A stretch of 45,720 nt of DNA, from positions 1 through 45,720 of the IMG/VR virus record IMGVR_UViG_3300024219_000001, one strand, 5' to 3'. Positions 1 through 8,398 of this stretch are shown piece after piece. How positions within the stretch are numbered: the first letter of the stretch is position 1; each line of letters starts with the position of its first letter. This DNA is from a virus (taxonomy: Duplodnaviria; Caudoviricetes). The position numbers and the translations under genes are program-made. The notes under the pieces were generated by a model, which saw only the letters and a list, made by a program, of their open reading frames with translations, was not told the origin of the DNA and did not search any database.

Positions 1-127
1 GCGCGGTTCTGGAGCTGTCGCTTCCGCTCGGAGCTCGACGCGTACACCTTGTCGCGCCCTTCGATCGACGGGCAGAACTCGTCGTCGAGTAGCCATGCGA
101 GCACGCTGCCGGGGCGCGCGAAGCTCA
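1..127. repeat. Terminal direct repeat, copy 1 (assembly circularisation overlap)
   Basis: Identical to 45594-45720. 127 nt equals a common maximum assembler k-mer. Confidence 0.95.
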
Positions 128-301
128 CTGCACGCGCCTCGCCCTCTTCGCCTCCGCGCGCGCGATCCGGTAGGCGTCGTGCGGGTGCGCCTTCAGCCAC
201 GCGCCGATGCGATCCGGCGGCAGGCTCGCAAGCTTCTGTGCCGCGGTCGAGCGCTTCGGCTTCACCGCCTGCACGCGGATCGGCTCGCTGTAGCCGCTCA
301 C
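125..301 (-). CDS. Small basic hypothetical protein (58 aa)
   Basis: GTG start overlaps the upstream stop (GTGA), and its own stop overlaps the next GTG at 128. Confidence 0.6.
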   Translation of the reverse strand: MSGYSEPIRVQAVKPKRSTAAQKLASLPPDRIGAWLKAHPHDAYRIARAEAKRARRVQ

Positions 302-543
302 TGCTTCCACCCGATGTCCGGCCTGCGCGCCAAGAGCTCGTTGAGCTGCCGTTCGCTCCCGATGTACGTCGAGCCGCCCTTGGATCGCTCGGCGCCGATC
401 GCCGCAGCGTCGTGCTTCGAGAGCTGCTCCGTCACGAACGGGCGGAAGCGCGTGTGCACGCTCGGACCGCGACGCTTCGGCTCGCTCGGCGTCAGCGCCT
501 CGAACTTGCCAGAGCGGATGTCGTAGCGGTGGGTCGGCTTCAC
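298..543 (-). CDS. Hypothetical protein downstream of portal (81 aa)
   Basis: GTGA-coupled at both ends. The ORF-track start at 777 is over-extended. Confidence 0.65.
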   Translation of the reverse strand: MKPTHRYDIRSGKFEALTPSEPKRRGPSVHTRFRPFVTEQLSKHDAAAIGAERSKGGSTYIGSERQLNELLARRPDIGWKQ

Positions 544-704
544 TTCTTCCGCTCGCAGGTGATCGTGACCCGCGTACCGGCCGCGCCCTTGCCGATCGCG
601 AACGAGATGCGCCCGAGCTGCCACACGAGCCACCCCAGGAACACCACCGCCACCATCGCGAGCTGCCCGAGCGTCGAGGCGAACACGAGGTCGATGAACG
701 TCAT
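540..704 (-). CDS. Small membrane protein (54 aa, MTFIDLVFASTLGQLAMVAVVFLGWLVWQLG...)
   Basis: Read manually: ATG at 704 after GAGG, one hydrophobic segment, stop coupled to the next gene. Confidence 0.6.
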   Translation of the reverse strand: MTFIDLVFASTLGQLAMVAVVFLGWLVWQLGRISFAIGKGAAGTRVTITCERKK

Positions 705-767
705 GGGCTGGCCTCAGTAGGTACGGCGCTTCGCGAGCACGCGAACGGGAACCGCAACGCGGTCGAG

Positions 768-797
768 AGCGTAGCAACTGCCTGCACGCGATGGCAA
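768..797 (-). promoter_or_regulatory. Sigma70-like promoter TTGCCA-N18-TACGCT
   Basis: Hexamers lie in the gap between the portal stop and the 704 ORF. Confidence 0.5.
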
Positions 798-804
798 GCC
801 AGGG

Positions 805-2691
805 CTACCCGGCGGCTGTCACTGGGCTCTCTGTAGCGACCGGCGCCATGCTGGGCGCCTTGAACGACGGCACCTTGCCCATGGGTTTCGGCCCGCCGCG
901 AGTGCCGCCCTTCTTGGGTTGGCCGAACTCGCCGGCCATCTGATGCGTGAGCCCGATGTCGCGCAGGAGTCGCGGCATCGGATCTTCTCCCTCGGGCGGT
1001 TGTTGCGCGGCCTCTGCGAGTCGCTCCATGTCCACCTGGTCGGAGAGGTTGTGAACCTGGTAGGCGTCCCCGATCGCATCGAGCATGGGCTTCGGCTTCC
1101 AGCCGGCCGCCACGAGCTGCGGCAAGATGGGCGCGATCACCGGGAGCACGTTCGTGTAGAAGCTCGCGCGCAGGATTTTCGTCTGCTCAGTAGGCCGCTC
1201 CATCGAGTACGGCTCGATCTCGAGCCCCAGGTCGTCGAACGTCGTGCCGCTGCCAGCCTCGAATGTGCCACCCTCGAAGAACGCTTCCGTTCCTTCGGGT
1301 GCGCCCATCGCTTCGCTGGCTTCCTTCCCCATCCCGAACTCGATTTCGTCGGTGTGGAAGAGGTACCAGGAGATCGTTTTCAGCTCGCGGCGTGCGCCAT
1401 CCTGGAAGCGGTTCTTGACCTGCGCCACGCGCGCGCCGGCGGCTTGCACGGCCTCGCTGACTTCGGTCGCGGTGCCGGCGCCGGTGACGATGCCTCGTTG
1501 AACGTCGTCGAGGCCCATCGCGCGATTGCGACGCTCGCGAATCAGCTCGTAGCTCTGGAGCATCTCGCGCGTGGGGCCGCCCTTCGCGAAGGTCGCCACC
1601 TTGTCTTGCAGCGACGCGAGGTTGCGCGCGGTATACACGTTGTCTTGCTTCCCATCGACGATGAGCTGTGCGAGCTCCTGGTCGGTGGTGATCAGCATGT
1701 TTGCGTAGGCGGCAATCGACTTGTCGATCGCGACGCCAGCGCGTGACGCGAGCTCGATGTGCCCGGCGGTCGCGAGGAGCAGCGAGAGCGGGAACGGGCT
1801 GCCAGGCACGACGTACGTCCCGAACACGGTGTACGGCCCCCAACGCGGTCCAAAGAACGGGCGCGGCGGGCGAACGATCACGCCATCGGCCGGCGACGTG
1901 AGAGCGCCCGCGACACCGAGGGTCACGATGGTGCCGTTGAAGCCGTGTTCCGGGCCCGGTTCGCCGTCGAGCTGAACCTCGGGGATGTAGATCTCGACGA
2001 GCTCGACCTCCTTGCGGTCAACGCGCTCGTCGTTGCGGTCGCCGCGCATGACACCGAGGAGCGTGCGATGGCCGCCGGTTGTCGAGAGCCCTTCGACAGC
2101 TCCAACGTCCCATCCTTCGCGCTTGTTCTTGGGGCGTTTCGCGTCGAGGCGTGCGCGTTTGACGAGGTCGTCCTTGTCGATGCTCCAGCGATGCCAGAGC
2201 AGGCGAGCGCGGCGCCACGTCGGGCACAGGTGGTCGTAGCCGAAGTCGCGCGGGTCGAGACGTGACGTCTGCGGCCAGAGCGGCGGGTCCTCGGATTCGT
2301 GGTGTTCTTGGCGCGGCGCGAGCGTCGTGTGCCCGACTGCCCAGCCGAATAGGTAGTCAACGACGAGGTCGTCGAGGTGCGTCTTGTAGTCGGTATCGGT
2401 GATCCAGCGATTGAGTCCCCAGTGCATCGCTTCGGCGACTTCTTGCTGAGCGACGGGGCGGCGCGTTGAGACGCTGACGCGCGGGTTTTGCCATACCAAC
2501 TGAGATGACAAGTACGACACCAATTCGAACGAGGCGTTCTCGGGGTCAAACTGTCCGTGCCCAGGAACGCCGCTCCACCACGAGCCCGGATAGCGCCGCA
2601 GGAGCTCCTCAACACCGCGAAGTCGATCGTCGCGCGCCTTGGCGGAGGCGTGAACCTCGCGCATGAGCTCGCGGGGATCGAGGGAGATCAT
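805..2691 (-). CDS. Portal protein (628 aa)
   Basis: Size; podovirus portal-like motifs (WQNPRVSV, DYLFGWAVGH, GAGTATEV); upstream of scaffold and capsid on the circle. Confidence 0.85.
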   Translation of the reverse strand: MISLDPRELMREVHASAKARDDRLRGVEELLRRYPGSWWSGVPGHGQFDPENASFELVSYLSSQLVWQNPRVSVSTRRPVAQQEVAEAMHWGLNRWITDTDYKTHLDDLVVDYLFGWAVGHTTLAPRQEHHESEDPPLWPQTSRLDPRDFGYDHLCPTWRRARLLWHRWSIDKDDLVKRARLDAKRPKNKREGWDVGAVEGLSTTGGHRTLLGVMRGDRNDERVDRKEVELVEIYIPEVQLDGEPGPEHGFNGTIVTLGVAGALTSPADGVIVRPPRPFFGPRWGPYTVFGTYVVPGSPFPLSLLLATAGHIELASRAGVAIDKSIAAYANMLITTDQELAQLIVDGKQDNVYTARNLASLQDKVATFAKGGPTREMLQSYELIRERRNRAMGLDDVQRGIVTGAGTATEVSEAVQAAGARVAQVKNRFQDGARRELKTISWYLFHTDEIEFGMGKEASEAMGAPEGTEAFFEGGTFEAGSGTTFDDLGLEIEPYSMERPTEQTKILRASFYTNVLPVIAPILPQLVAAGWKPKPMLDAIGDAYQVHNLSDQVDMERLAEAAQQPPEGEDPMPRLLRDIGLTHQMAGEFGQPKKGGTRGGPKPMGKVPSFKAPSMAPVATESPVTAAG

Positions 2692-2704
2692 CGGGGCGGC
2701 GCGA

Positions 2705-2959
2705 TCAACTGCCCTTGATGACGGATAGCCACGAGCCCTTGAGGCCGCGGGCGCCGCCCATGGTGCCGGCGTTCATGCCGGACTGCGCGGGCTTCGGGCG
2801 TGCGGCCATGGCGCGGCGGCGGGCGGTGTCGCTGGCCATGCGCGCGAGGGAAGCCTCGCGTTCCGCGCGCTCGTTGACCTCGTAGGAGATCTGGTTCGCC
2901 TGGCCGTAGCGCTTGGCGCGGACGGAGGTCGCGGGGAGACGGGGGCGTTGGGCCATCAT
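2705..2959 (-). CDS. Small basic hypothetical protein preceding portal (84 aa)
   Basis: ATG after GAAAGGG, downstream of a TTGACA promoter. Confidence 0.6.
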   Translation of the reverse strand: MMAQRPRLPATSVRAKRYGQANQISYEVNERAEREASLARMASDTARRRAMAARPKPAQSGMNAGTMGGARGLKGSWLSVIKGS

Positions 2960-2990
2960 GGGAACCCTTTCACAGCTCGGTGCGGACGCT

Positions 2991-3019
2991 CTCGTACCGC
3001 TCGAAGTGGCTGTTGTCAA
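2991..3019 (-). promoter_or_regulatory. Promoter for portal operon, TTGACA-N17-TACGAG
   Basis: Perfect -35, 17-nt spacer, partial -10. Confidence 0.55.
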
Positions 3020-3020
3020 G

Positions 3021-3049
3021 TTGCCGTGATCTTGCCGATGTGGTATAAT
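3021..3049 (+). promoter_or_regulatory. Strong sigma70 promoter TTGCCG-N17-TATAAT with extended -10 (TGgTATAAT)
   Basis: Consensus -10 in a GC-rich genome; ATG follows 6 nt later; back-to-back with the portal promoter. Confidence 0.8.
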
Positions 3050-3055
3050 GGAGGC

Positions 3056-3112
3056 ATGAAGACCAACCAAGAAGACCTTGCCCAGCTTGGCCTGCGCGAG
3101 GTGCGCCCGTGA
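3056..3112 (+). CDS. Putative leader mini-ORF MKTNQEDLAQLGLREVRP
   Basis: ATG at the predicted transcription start. Its stop overlaps the GTG of a second 33-aa ORF (3109-3210), which overlaps the DUF3800 start. Confidence 0.4.
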   Translation: MKTNQEDLAQLGLREVRP

Positions 3113-3202
3113 GCGCGCCGGACCGCAGGGCGGAGGCGCCCCACGCGCATCGCTACGATCCGGCGGAAGGGGAACGATCACCTGGCACACCAGTGGTGTG
3201 GC

Positions 3203-4099
3203 ATGTCTAGCCGCTTCGAGCGAGCCCTCGGCCTCTCGGCGCGCCGGCCGCGAGTTGGCAACGCAATCCGCCGCGACCTTTCCGGGCTGCATCCGCGCGA
3301 GCGGCGTCGGAGGTGGCTCGTGATGATGGATGCCTACTTCGACGAGAGCGGAATGGGCGAGGATACGAGCTACTTCGTGATGGCCGGATACCTCGCGAGC
3401 GCAGACAAGTGGGACGTGGTGACAAAGCGCTGGGCGAGCAAGCTGGAAGAGGGGCGCAAAATTGACTATTTCAAAATGTCTGAGGCCGCCGGCCAGCCCA
3501 GTGGAGCGTTTGATGGATTCACTGAACGCCAGCGGGACGCTAAGCTGATTTCGCTAGCCGACATCTTGGAGCGTGGCGCGCCAGTCCGAGTGGCGTGCGT
3601 AATCCCGCAGGGCCCGTACACCAAGTACGCGCGACCAAGCGCGAGGCGAGAGTTCCGATCGCCGTACTACCTTGCCGCAATTACCGTACTGTTCAGCGTG
3701 ATACAGCTGTGCCGGAATCACAGGAGGCCAGGTCAGGTGCAATTCTACTTCGACAAGCAACAGGGCAAGGAAACTATCTCGAAGCGTCTCGTAGAGATTG
3801 TCCGGCGAGACTTTGCTGGCAAGGAACTGGCTGAGTTCATCGCAGGGGAACCTAGATTCGAGGACGACAAGAAGTATCCGCCGCTTCAGATGGCGGACAT
3901 GTTGGCATGGCATATTCATCGCCGAAAGTGTCGGCCCAAGGAGCGCAAGCCACTTGTCTACGATCGATTAACCGGTGGCGGTATGCACTACACCCGTTTC
4001 TGGAAACCGGCTGAATTGCGACAGATCGGACTAGAGATGGGTATCGGCCGCGGGCGTAAGCTGGTCGATCTGATGGAGGCGGGCTTATGGAAGCCCTAG
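3203..4099 (+). CDS. DUF3800 family protein (RNase H-like fold)
   Basis: AYFDESG, FVMAGY, FYFD and PLQMADMLAW (QxAD) motifs; visibly more AT-rich codons. Alternative start near 3324. Confidence 0.85.
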   Translation: MSSRFERALGLSARRPRVGNAIRRDLSGLHPRERRRRWLVMMDAYFDESGMGEDTSYFVMAGYLASADKWDVVTKRWASKLEEGRKIDYFKMSEAAGQPSGAFDGFTERQRDAKLISLADILERGAPVRVACVIPQGPYTKYARPSARREFRSPYYLAAITVLFSVIQLCRNHRRPGQVQFYFDKQQGKETISKRLVEIVRRDFAGKELAEFIAGEPRFEDDKKYPPLQMADMLAWHIHRRKCRPKERKPLVYDRLTGGGMHYTRFWKPAELRQIGLEMGIGRGRKLVDLMEAGLWKP

Positions 4100-4102
4100 C
4101 CG

Positions 4103-4231
4103 CTAGCGCCGCTTTTTGGCGCGCTTCTTCTTCGCCTTTGTCGGCTTGCCCGGAGGCGTGCTCAGCGCCTTCCGTAGCGCGCGCTCGAACCGTTCAAAGG
4201 TCGCGGCCTCTTCGGTCTTCTTCTTCGGCAT
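4103..4231 (-). CDS. Small Lys-rich protein MPKKKTEEAATFERFERALRKALSTPPGKPTKAKKKRAKKRR
   Basis: Read manually; 42 aa; follows 4236-4649 by 4 nt. Confidence 0.6.
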   Translation of the reverse strand: MPKKKTEEAATFERFERALRKALSTPPGKPTKAKKKRAKKRR

Positions 4232-4235
4232 TGAG

Positions 4236-4649
4236 CTACCGCTTCACTGTCCACGACCAAAGCCCGCTAGGTCCGTCAATGTGGAACGTCCCAATCAGTG
4301 TGTCCACCGCCAGTAGCGACATCCCCGGAAGCGGCGCAATGCCGCCGAATGTAGCCAAAGCAAACACGTCTCCGCCATTGCCTAGGATCTCGACCGTCCT
4401 CACCGCGTTCGGTCCAGGCATGGCGCCGAACTTTGAGGCATCCGCCGCCGTAAGCATGAGGCTGCTTCGCTTCTCTGGTGGTAGTCCTCTCCGTTGCGAG
4501 TTGATCGTGAAGAAGACGGGCACCCATTCACCTGGCGGTGCGCCGGGATGCTTTGGCGCCAGACGCACCTGCCAGATCATGTTTCCGTCGGCTGTTAGCG
4601 GGCCGCCAGCCTCGAACGGCCCCGCCGCTTTCCCGTTGCCGTGAGTCAT
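4236..4649 (-). CDS. Hypothetical protein (137 aa), possibly a degenerate retropepsin-like fold
   Basis: TGcTAGCCT 8 nt before ATG. The C-terminal LLAVDTL..F.IDGP resembles the LLGRD.L motif, but the catalytic DTG is absent. Confidence 0.55.
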   Translation of the reverse strand: MTHGNGKAAGPFEAGGPLTADGNMIWQVRLAPKHPGAPPGEWVPVFFTINSQRRGLPPEKRSSLMLTAADASKFGAMPGPNAVRTVEILGNGGDVFALATFGGIAPLPGMSLLAVDTLIGTFHIDGPSGLWSWTVKR

Positions 4650-4913
4650 GCGACGGCAGGCTAGCAGGCGACGACACGGAATGCAGCTCTACCGCAGGTC
4701 TGCCCGAGGACAGCATCCAAAGACGGCCCCTGGGGTCGAAGAAAACCAGCGTGCTTCCGTCGGTGTAAGCGCTCATACGCCGCAGTCTAGCGCGCGGCGC
4801 CGTCTGATGCGCTCCGGCTTCCGCTTCCGCGGCTCGCGTACGTCAGGGACGAGCCACGAGCCCAGTCCGCCTTCTTCGGCAACTGGGCCGGAGACGGGGG
4901 AGGGGAAGTAGCC

Positions 4914-5090
4914 ATGGCGCACGACCATGCAATCGCGCACTTGCCTATGGCCGGAAACGGATGGGCTGTGTGCTCGTGTGGCGCAACTCGGCGCATAGTG
5001 AACGGTCAAGCGGTTGGCGAGTGGCACGCCTGCTCACTCTGTTCGACCGAGCCCGCCCCCGCGCCGGCCGAGCCGAAGGAGGGCAAGTGA
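4914..5090 (+). CDS. Small Cys/His protein (58 aa; CSC...CSLC)
   Basis: Read manually; GGAGGGG RBS; GTGA-coupled to the next gene. Confidence 0.6.
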   Translation: MAHDHAIAHLPMAGNGWAVCSCGATRRIVNGQAVGEWHACSLCSTEPAPAPAEPKEGK

Positions 5091-5197
5091 GAGACTTCCT
5101 GCTAGGCTCGCTCTGCGGCCTATTCGCGTTCTGGTGCGGGTGGATCACGCGCGCGATCCTCGGCCCGTTTCCGAAGCGCTGTCGGGAGGGCAAGTGA
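5087..5197 (+). CDS. Small membrane peptide (36 aa)
   Basis: GGAGG RBS, hydrophobic segment, GTGA coupling on both sides. Confidence 0.5.
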   Translation: MRDFLLGSLCGLFAFWCGWITRAILGPFPKRCREGK

Positions 5198-5367
5198 CCT
5201 GCCCTTGCTGCGAGAACGAGATCGATGCCGACTGGCCGGAGACGTGCCCGCACTGCGGCGCGCGGTTCGAGTTCGACGGCGACGTGACCGATGACGGCCG
5301 ATGGCGCGCGAACACCATGATCGTCCAGCATGGGAAGGAGTGCGTCCATGAACTGCCCGAGGTGTAG
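5194..5367 (+). CDS. Zn-ribbon protein (CPCC...CPHC)
   Basis: CxxC pairs, RBS, coupling. Confidence 0.6.
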   Translation: MTCPCCENEIDADWPETCPHCGARFEFDGDVTDDGRWRANTMIVQHGKECVHELPEV

Positions 5368-5581
5368 CCGCGAGATGGCGCAGGACGAGCAGGATGCTTT
5401 CTGGTGCGCGCACGAGGAGTGCGAGACCACCGGCTACTGGTACGTCTGCGACCGCTGCGAGACGCTGACGCACGAGGACCGCATGGCGAGCGGTGGCGAG
5501 CTGTGCATCGAGTGCGCGCGCCCGTGGACCGTCCACGACGAGCGCGCGATGGACTACTCGTGGAAAGAGCGCGGCCTGTGA
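5348..5581 (+). CDS. Double Zn-ribbon protein
   Basis: CPRC, CAHEEC, CDRC, CIEC; AAGGAG RBS. Confidence 0.65.
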   Translation: MNCPRCSREMAQDEQDAFWCAHEECETTGYWYVCDRCETLTHEDRMASGGELCIECARPWTVHDERAMDYSWKERGL

Positions 5582-5808
5582 CGCGCTCGTACACGTCCGA
5601 GAAGCAACTAGCCCCGCTGATCGCCTACAACGCCGCGCGCGTGGCGCAGCCGCTCTGCAAGCGCGGGCATCCTCTTGTGCGTGCGTTCGGGCAGCGCATC
5701 TGCCGTGAGTGCCGCAAGCTCGCATCGCGGGCGTACCGGCGACGGCAGAAGAAAGCCCGTGCGGCTCGGTGCGCACGCGCGTTCCCTCATCTCAAGGACT
5801 ACCCATGA
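5578..5808 (+). CDS. Small Zn-finger protein (CKRGH...RICREC)
   Basis: Motif commonly appended to phage HNH proteins; coupled on both sides. Confidence 0.6.
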   Translation: MTRSYTSEKQLAPLIAYNAARVAQPLCKRGHPLVRAFGQRICRECRKLASRAYRRRQKKARAARCARAFPHLKDYP

Positions 5809-6572
5809 CAGATCACGATGTCGTTCCCGTACAACCTGAGTTACCGATGGCGGCGATCACGTCCGCGTCGATGCCGCGCCTGTTCGAGCTCGCGGTGCAG
5901 AAGGGCGCCGAGGGTGTCGAGATCCTGGAGCGGCTAGTGGCGCTCGACGAGCGCATGAGCGCGCGGCGGGCGGCGCAAGACTTCGCCGAGGCAATGGCGC
6001 GCTTCAAGGAGGCGTGCCCGCCGATCCCGCGCCGGACTGAGAACACGCAGTTCAAGGTGACGCGCAACGGCACGAGCCAACCGCGCCGGTATGCGACGCT
6101 TGAGGACATTGAGGCGACCGTGCGCGGCCCTCTCGGTGCGTGTGGGCTCTCGTTCCGGTGGGGCGACTCGAAGATGGAGAGCGGCAACCTCACGCTCGCG
6201 TGCATCGTGTCGCACGTCGGAGGGCACTCAGTTGCGTCGTCCGTTGTGCTGCCGGTCGAGAGCCGCGCAGGGTGCAGCGAGGCGCAGAAGTACGGCGCCG
6301 TGATGACCTACGCGCAGCGGTACAGCCTGATCCAGGCGCTTGGGTTGACGACATGCGACGAGGACGTGGACGGCAACGCCGAGCCCGAGGAGCGCGTTAC
6401 GCCGACGCAGGTTGACATCCTGGAGGAGATGATCGGCCGCTGCCCGCCTGCGACGAACGATCGCCTGCTCGCGTGGACGAATGAACAGTGGGGCGCTACG
6501 ACGCTCGACGATCTCCCGGCATCGGCATTCGATGCGGTGTGCGCGAAGCTGGCAACGAAGGTCGCCAAGTGA
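5805..6572 (+). CDS. erf: ERF-family ssDNA annealing protein
   Basis: YATLEDI, AQKYGAVMTYAQRYSLIQALGL and DEDVDG motifs; AAGGA RBS; ATGA overlap. Confidence 0.9.
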   Translation: MTDHDVVPVQPELPMAAITSASMPRLFELAVQKGAEGVEILERLVALDERMSARRAAQDFAEAMARFKEACPPIPRRTENTQFKVTRNGTSQPRRYATLEDIEATVRGPLGACGLSFRWGDSKMESGNLTLACIVSHVGGHSVASSVVLPVESRAGCSEAQKYGAVMTYAQRYSLIQALGLTTCDEDVDGNAEPEERVTPTQVDILEEMIGRCPPATNDRLLAWTNEQWGATTLDDLPASAFDAVCAKLATKVAK

Positions 6573-7234
6573 TCGTCATGGATTGCGCGCAGGGCAGCGC
6601 CGCGTGGCACAAGGCGCGTCTCGGTATTCCGACTGGCTCGCAGTTCTCGAAGATCTTGACCCCAGCGACGCGCAAGCCTTCGACGCAGGCACACGGCTAC
6701 ATGATGACGTTGCTCGCGGAGTGGCTGACGGGCGAGCCATCGGGCGCGGACGCGAGCGCGTTCATGGACCGTGGTACTCAACTCGAACCACTCGCGCGCA
6801 AGTGGTACTCGTTCGAGCGCGACGTAGACGTGCGCGAGGTCGGCATCGTGCTTCGCGACGACGAAATGGTAGGCGCATCTCCGGACGGGCTCGTCGGCGA
6901 CGATGGAACCATCGAGATCAAGAACCCTTCCGCCAGCACGCACGTCGGCTACCTGCTCGACCCGAGCGGACTCAACGGCTACTTCGCGCAGGTCCAAGGC
7001 GCGCTCTGGCTCACGGGGCGCGCGTGGACGGACGTGATCTCGTACAACCCTGCGATGCCGCCTGTGGTCGTGCGCGTGCCGCGGGATGAGAAGTTCATCG
7101 AGGCACTCGACCGAGAGGTGTCTGCCTTCGTCGTGCGCCTCAAGGCGGCCCGCGCGCGCCTGGAGAAGCTCGGATGCACTGCCGCTGGCAAACTCCTGAT
7201 CCCGGCGCACATGGTCACTGAGGACCCGTTCTGA
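6569..7234 (+). CDS. YqaJ/lambda-exonuclease family protein
   Basis: QGSAAWHKARLG..TGS, MDRGTQLEP.AR, GASPDGLV, IEIKNP and YFAQVQG motifs; coupled to ERF. Confidence 0.92.
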   Translation: MIVMDCAQGSAAWHKARLGIPTGSQFSKILTPATRKPSTQAHGYMMTLLAEWLTGEPSGADASAFMDRGTQLEPLARKWYSFERDVDVREVGIVLRDDEMVGASPDGLVGDDGTIEIKNPSASTHVGYLLDPSGLNGYFAQVQGALWLTGRAWTDVISYNPAMPPVVVRVPRDEKFIEALDREVSAFVVRLKAARARLEKLGCTAAGKLLIPAHMVTEDPF

Positions 7235-7238
7235 AAGC

Positions 7239-7270
7239 ACCGGTCGGCCCTACCCGGCCGGTTTCTCTGT
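7239..7270 (+). terminator. Intrinsic terminator candidate after exonuclease
   Basis: ACCGGTCGG/CCGGCCGGT stem followed by TTCTCTGT, at a convergent gene junction. Confidence 0.55.
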
Positions 7271-7828
7271 TGAGAGTGGGGCGTTGACGGCCCCTTCGGC
7301 CCCCGCGCTGCCTGATCCCCCTTCGGGCGGCGCGGGGTCATCCGAATCCGCGCCAGGTAGCGGAACGTTCAGGCGCCCGACAGTGACCGTGATGGAGTCG
7401 GGCTCGGGCTTCATCTGATCGTCGTCCTTGTGCCCCTGGAGCTTCGTGAGGATCTCACGCACGAGACGCTGCGCGTTCATGAAGTCCTTGTGCCCGAAGT
7501 CCTCGGCGACGATGCGCAGCGAGAACATCGAGCGGATGATCCCGATGGGGTGCTCGCGCTTCAGCTTGGCGAGCGACATCTTCGCGTTGGAAGGGAGCGA
7601 TTCGAGCGTGTCGGCGCCTTCTAGCTCCCAGCGCATGACGCGCTCCAGGCACGCGCGCTGTCGGTCCTTCGGACGGTTGCCGCCCTTCTCTCGGTTCTTG
7701 GCGCCCTCCGGCTGGTCGAAGCGCGCGGCGTACAGCTTCGAGGTCGGATCGTGGAACCCTCGGCGATGCTCTTCCTGTAGATGGCTGCCGTTGTTCGTCG
7801 GGCCGTGGCCGTGCTTACCGCCCGTCAC
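7250..7828 (-). CDS. Possible terminase small subunit (192 aa)
   Basis: RF...N..GG.RPK motif similar to TerS N-termini, helical core, C-terminal ITVTV strand. Not adjacent to TerL. Confidence 0.4.
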   Translation of the reverse strand: MTGGKHGHGPTNNGSHLQEEHRRGFHDPTSKLYAARFDQPEGAKNREKGGNRPKDRQRACLERVMRWELEGADTLESLPSNAKMSLAKLKREHPIGIIRSMFSLRIVAEDFGHKDFMNAQRLVREILTKLQGHKDDDQMKPEPDSITVTVGRLNVPLPGADSDDPAPPEGGSGSAGAEGAVNAPLSTEKPAG

Positions 7829-7832
7829 GGGC

Positions 7833-7988
7833 TTACCTCTTCGGCTTCTTCGCCTTGGAAGCCTTGATGCCCTCGGCGGCCATGCGCGCGGCGTCGGTCG
7901 CAGCCGGGCACTTCGCGCGCGCCTTGGCGCGGCCGGACGCGCTCTTGCACATCTCGAAGAACCGATGCTGCTTCGGCGTCCAGGGCAT
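7833..7988 (-). CDS. Small basic protein MPWTPKQHRFF... (51 aa)
   Basis: ATG 2 nt after the upstream stop; resembles small basic proteins of phage packaging modules. Confidence 0.65.
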   Translation of the reverse strand: MPWTPKQHRFFEMCKSASGRAKARAKCPAATDAARMAAEGIKASKAKKPKR

Positions 7989-7990
7989 GG

Positions 7991-8398
7991 CTAGATGGGG
8001 AGTGCGCCGATCTTCCACTCGAAGACCGCGCGCACTGTGCCGTAGCTCACGGTCGGGATGCGGTAGACGTGCAGGTAGCGCCGCCCGCCGAGCTGCGCGG
8101 CGCCTTGAAGGGCAAGCGCGGCGACCGTGACTTTGTGCCGCCAGTTGTAGCCGATGTCGTCGAGGCCCCAGTAGTCGTCATCCTGCGGCACGTCGTACAG
8201 TGGCCCGGTCGAGCCGGCCGAGAACGTGGTCGAGTAGATCGGAGTCTGCGTCCTGCTCTCGAAGATGTCGAGCGAGACCACGCCCGCGACGTCCGAGTGC
8301 GTGAGCAGGGTACGCCCGTCGCCGCCGACGATCGCGCCCACGTTGGAGACGTCGGTGCCTTCCTGCACCTCGTCGCGAACGATGACGATGTCGCTCAT
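7991..8398 (-). CDS. Beta-rich virion adaptor-like protein (135 aa, MSDIVIVRDEVQEG...)
   Basis: ATGA overlap with the upstream fibre gene. The ORF-track start at 9190 is over-extended. Confidence 0.65.
   Translation of the reverse strand: MSDIVIVRDEVQEGTDVSNVGAIVGGDGRTLLTHSDVAGVVSLDIFESRTQTPIYSTTFSAGSTGPLYDVPQDDDYWGLDDIGYNWRHKVTVAALALQGAAQLGGRRYLHVYRIPTVSYGTVRAVFEWKIGALPI

Noticed and set aside
1-127. Biological direct terminal repeats
   Set aside because: The length matches an assembler k-mer and the repeat falls mid-gene. It indicates circularity, not physical genome ends.
4650-4911. Definite gene calls in the divergent region
   Set aside because: Short ORFs exist on both strands and none has convincing start signals; left unannotated.
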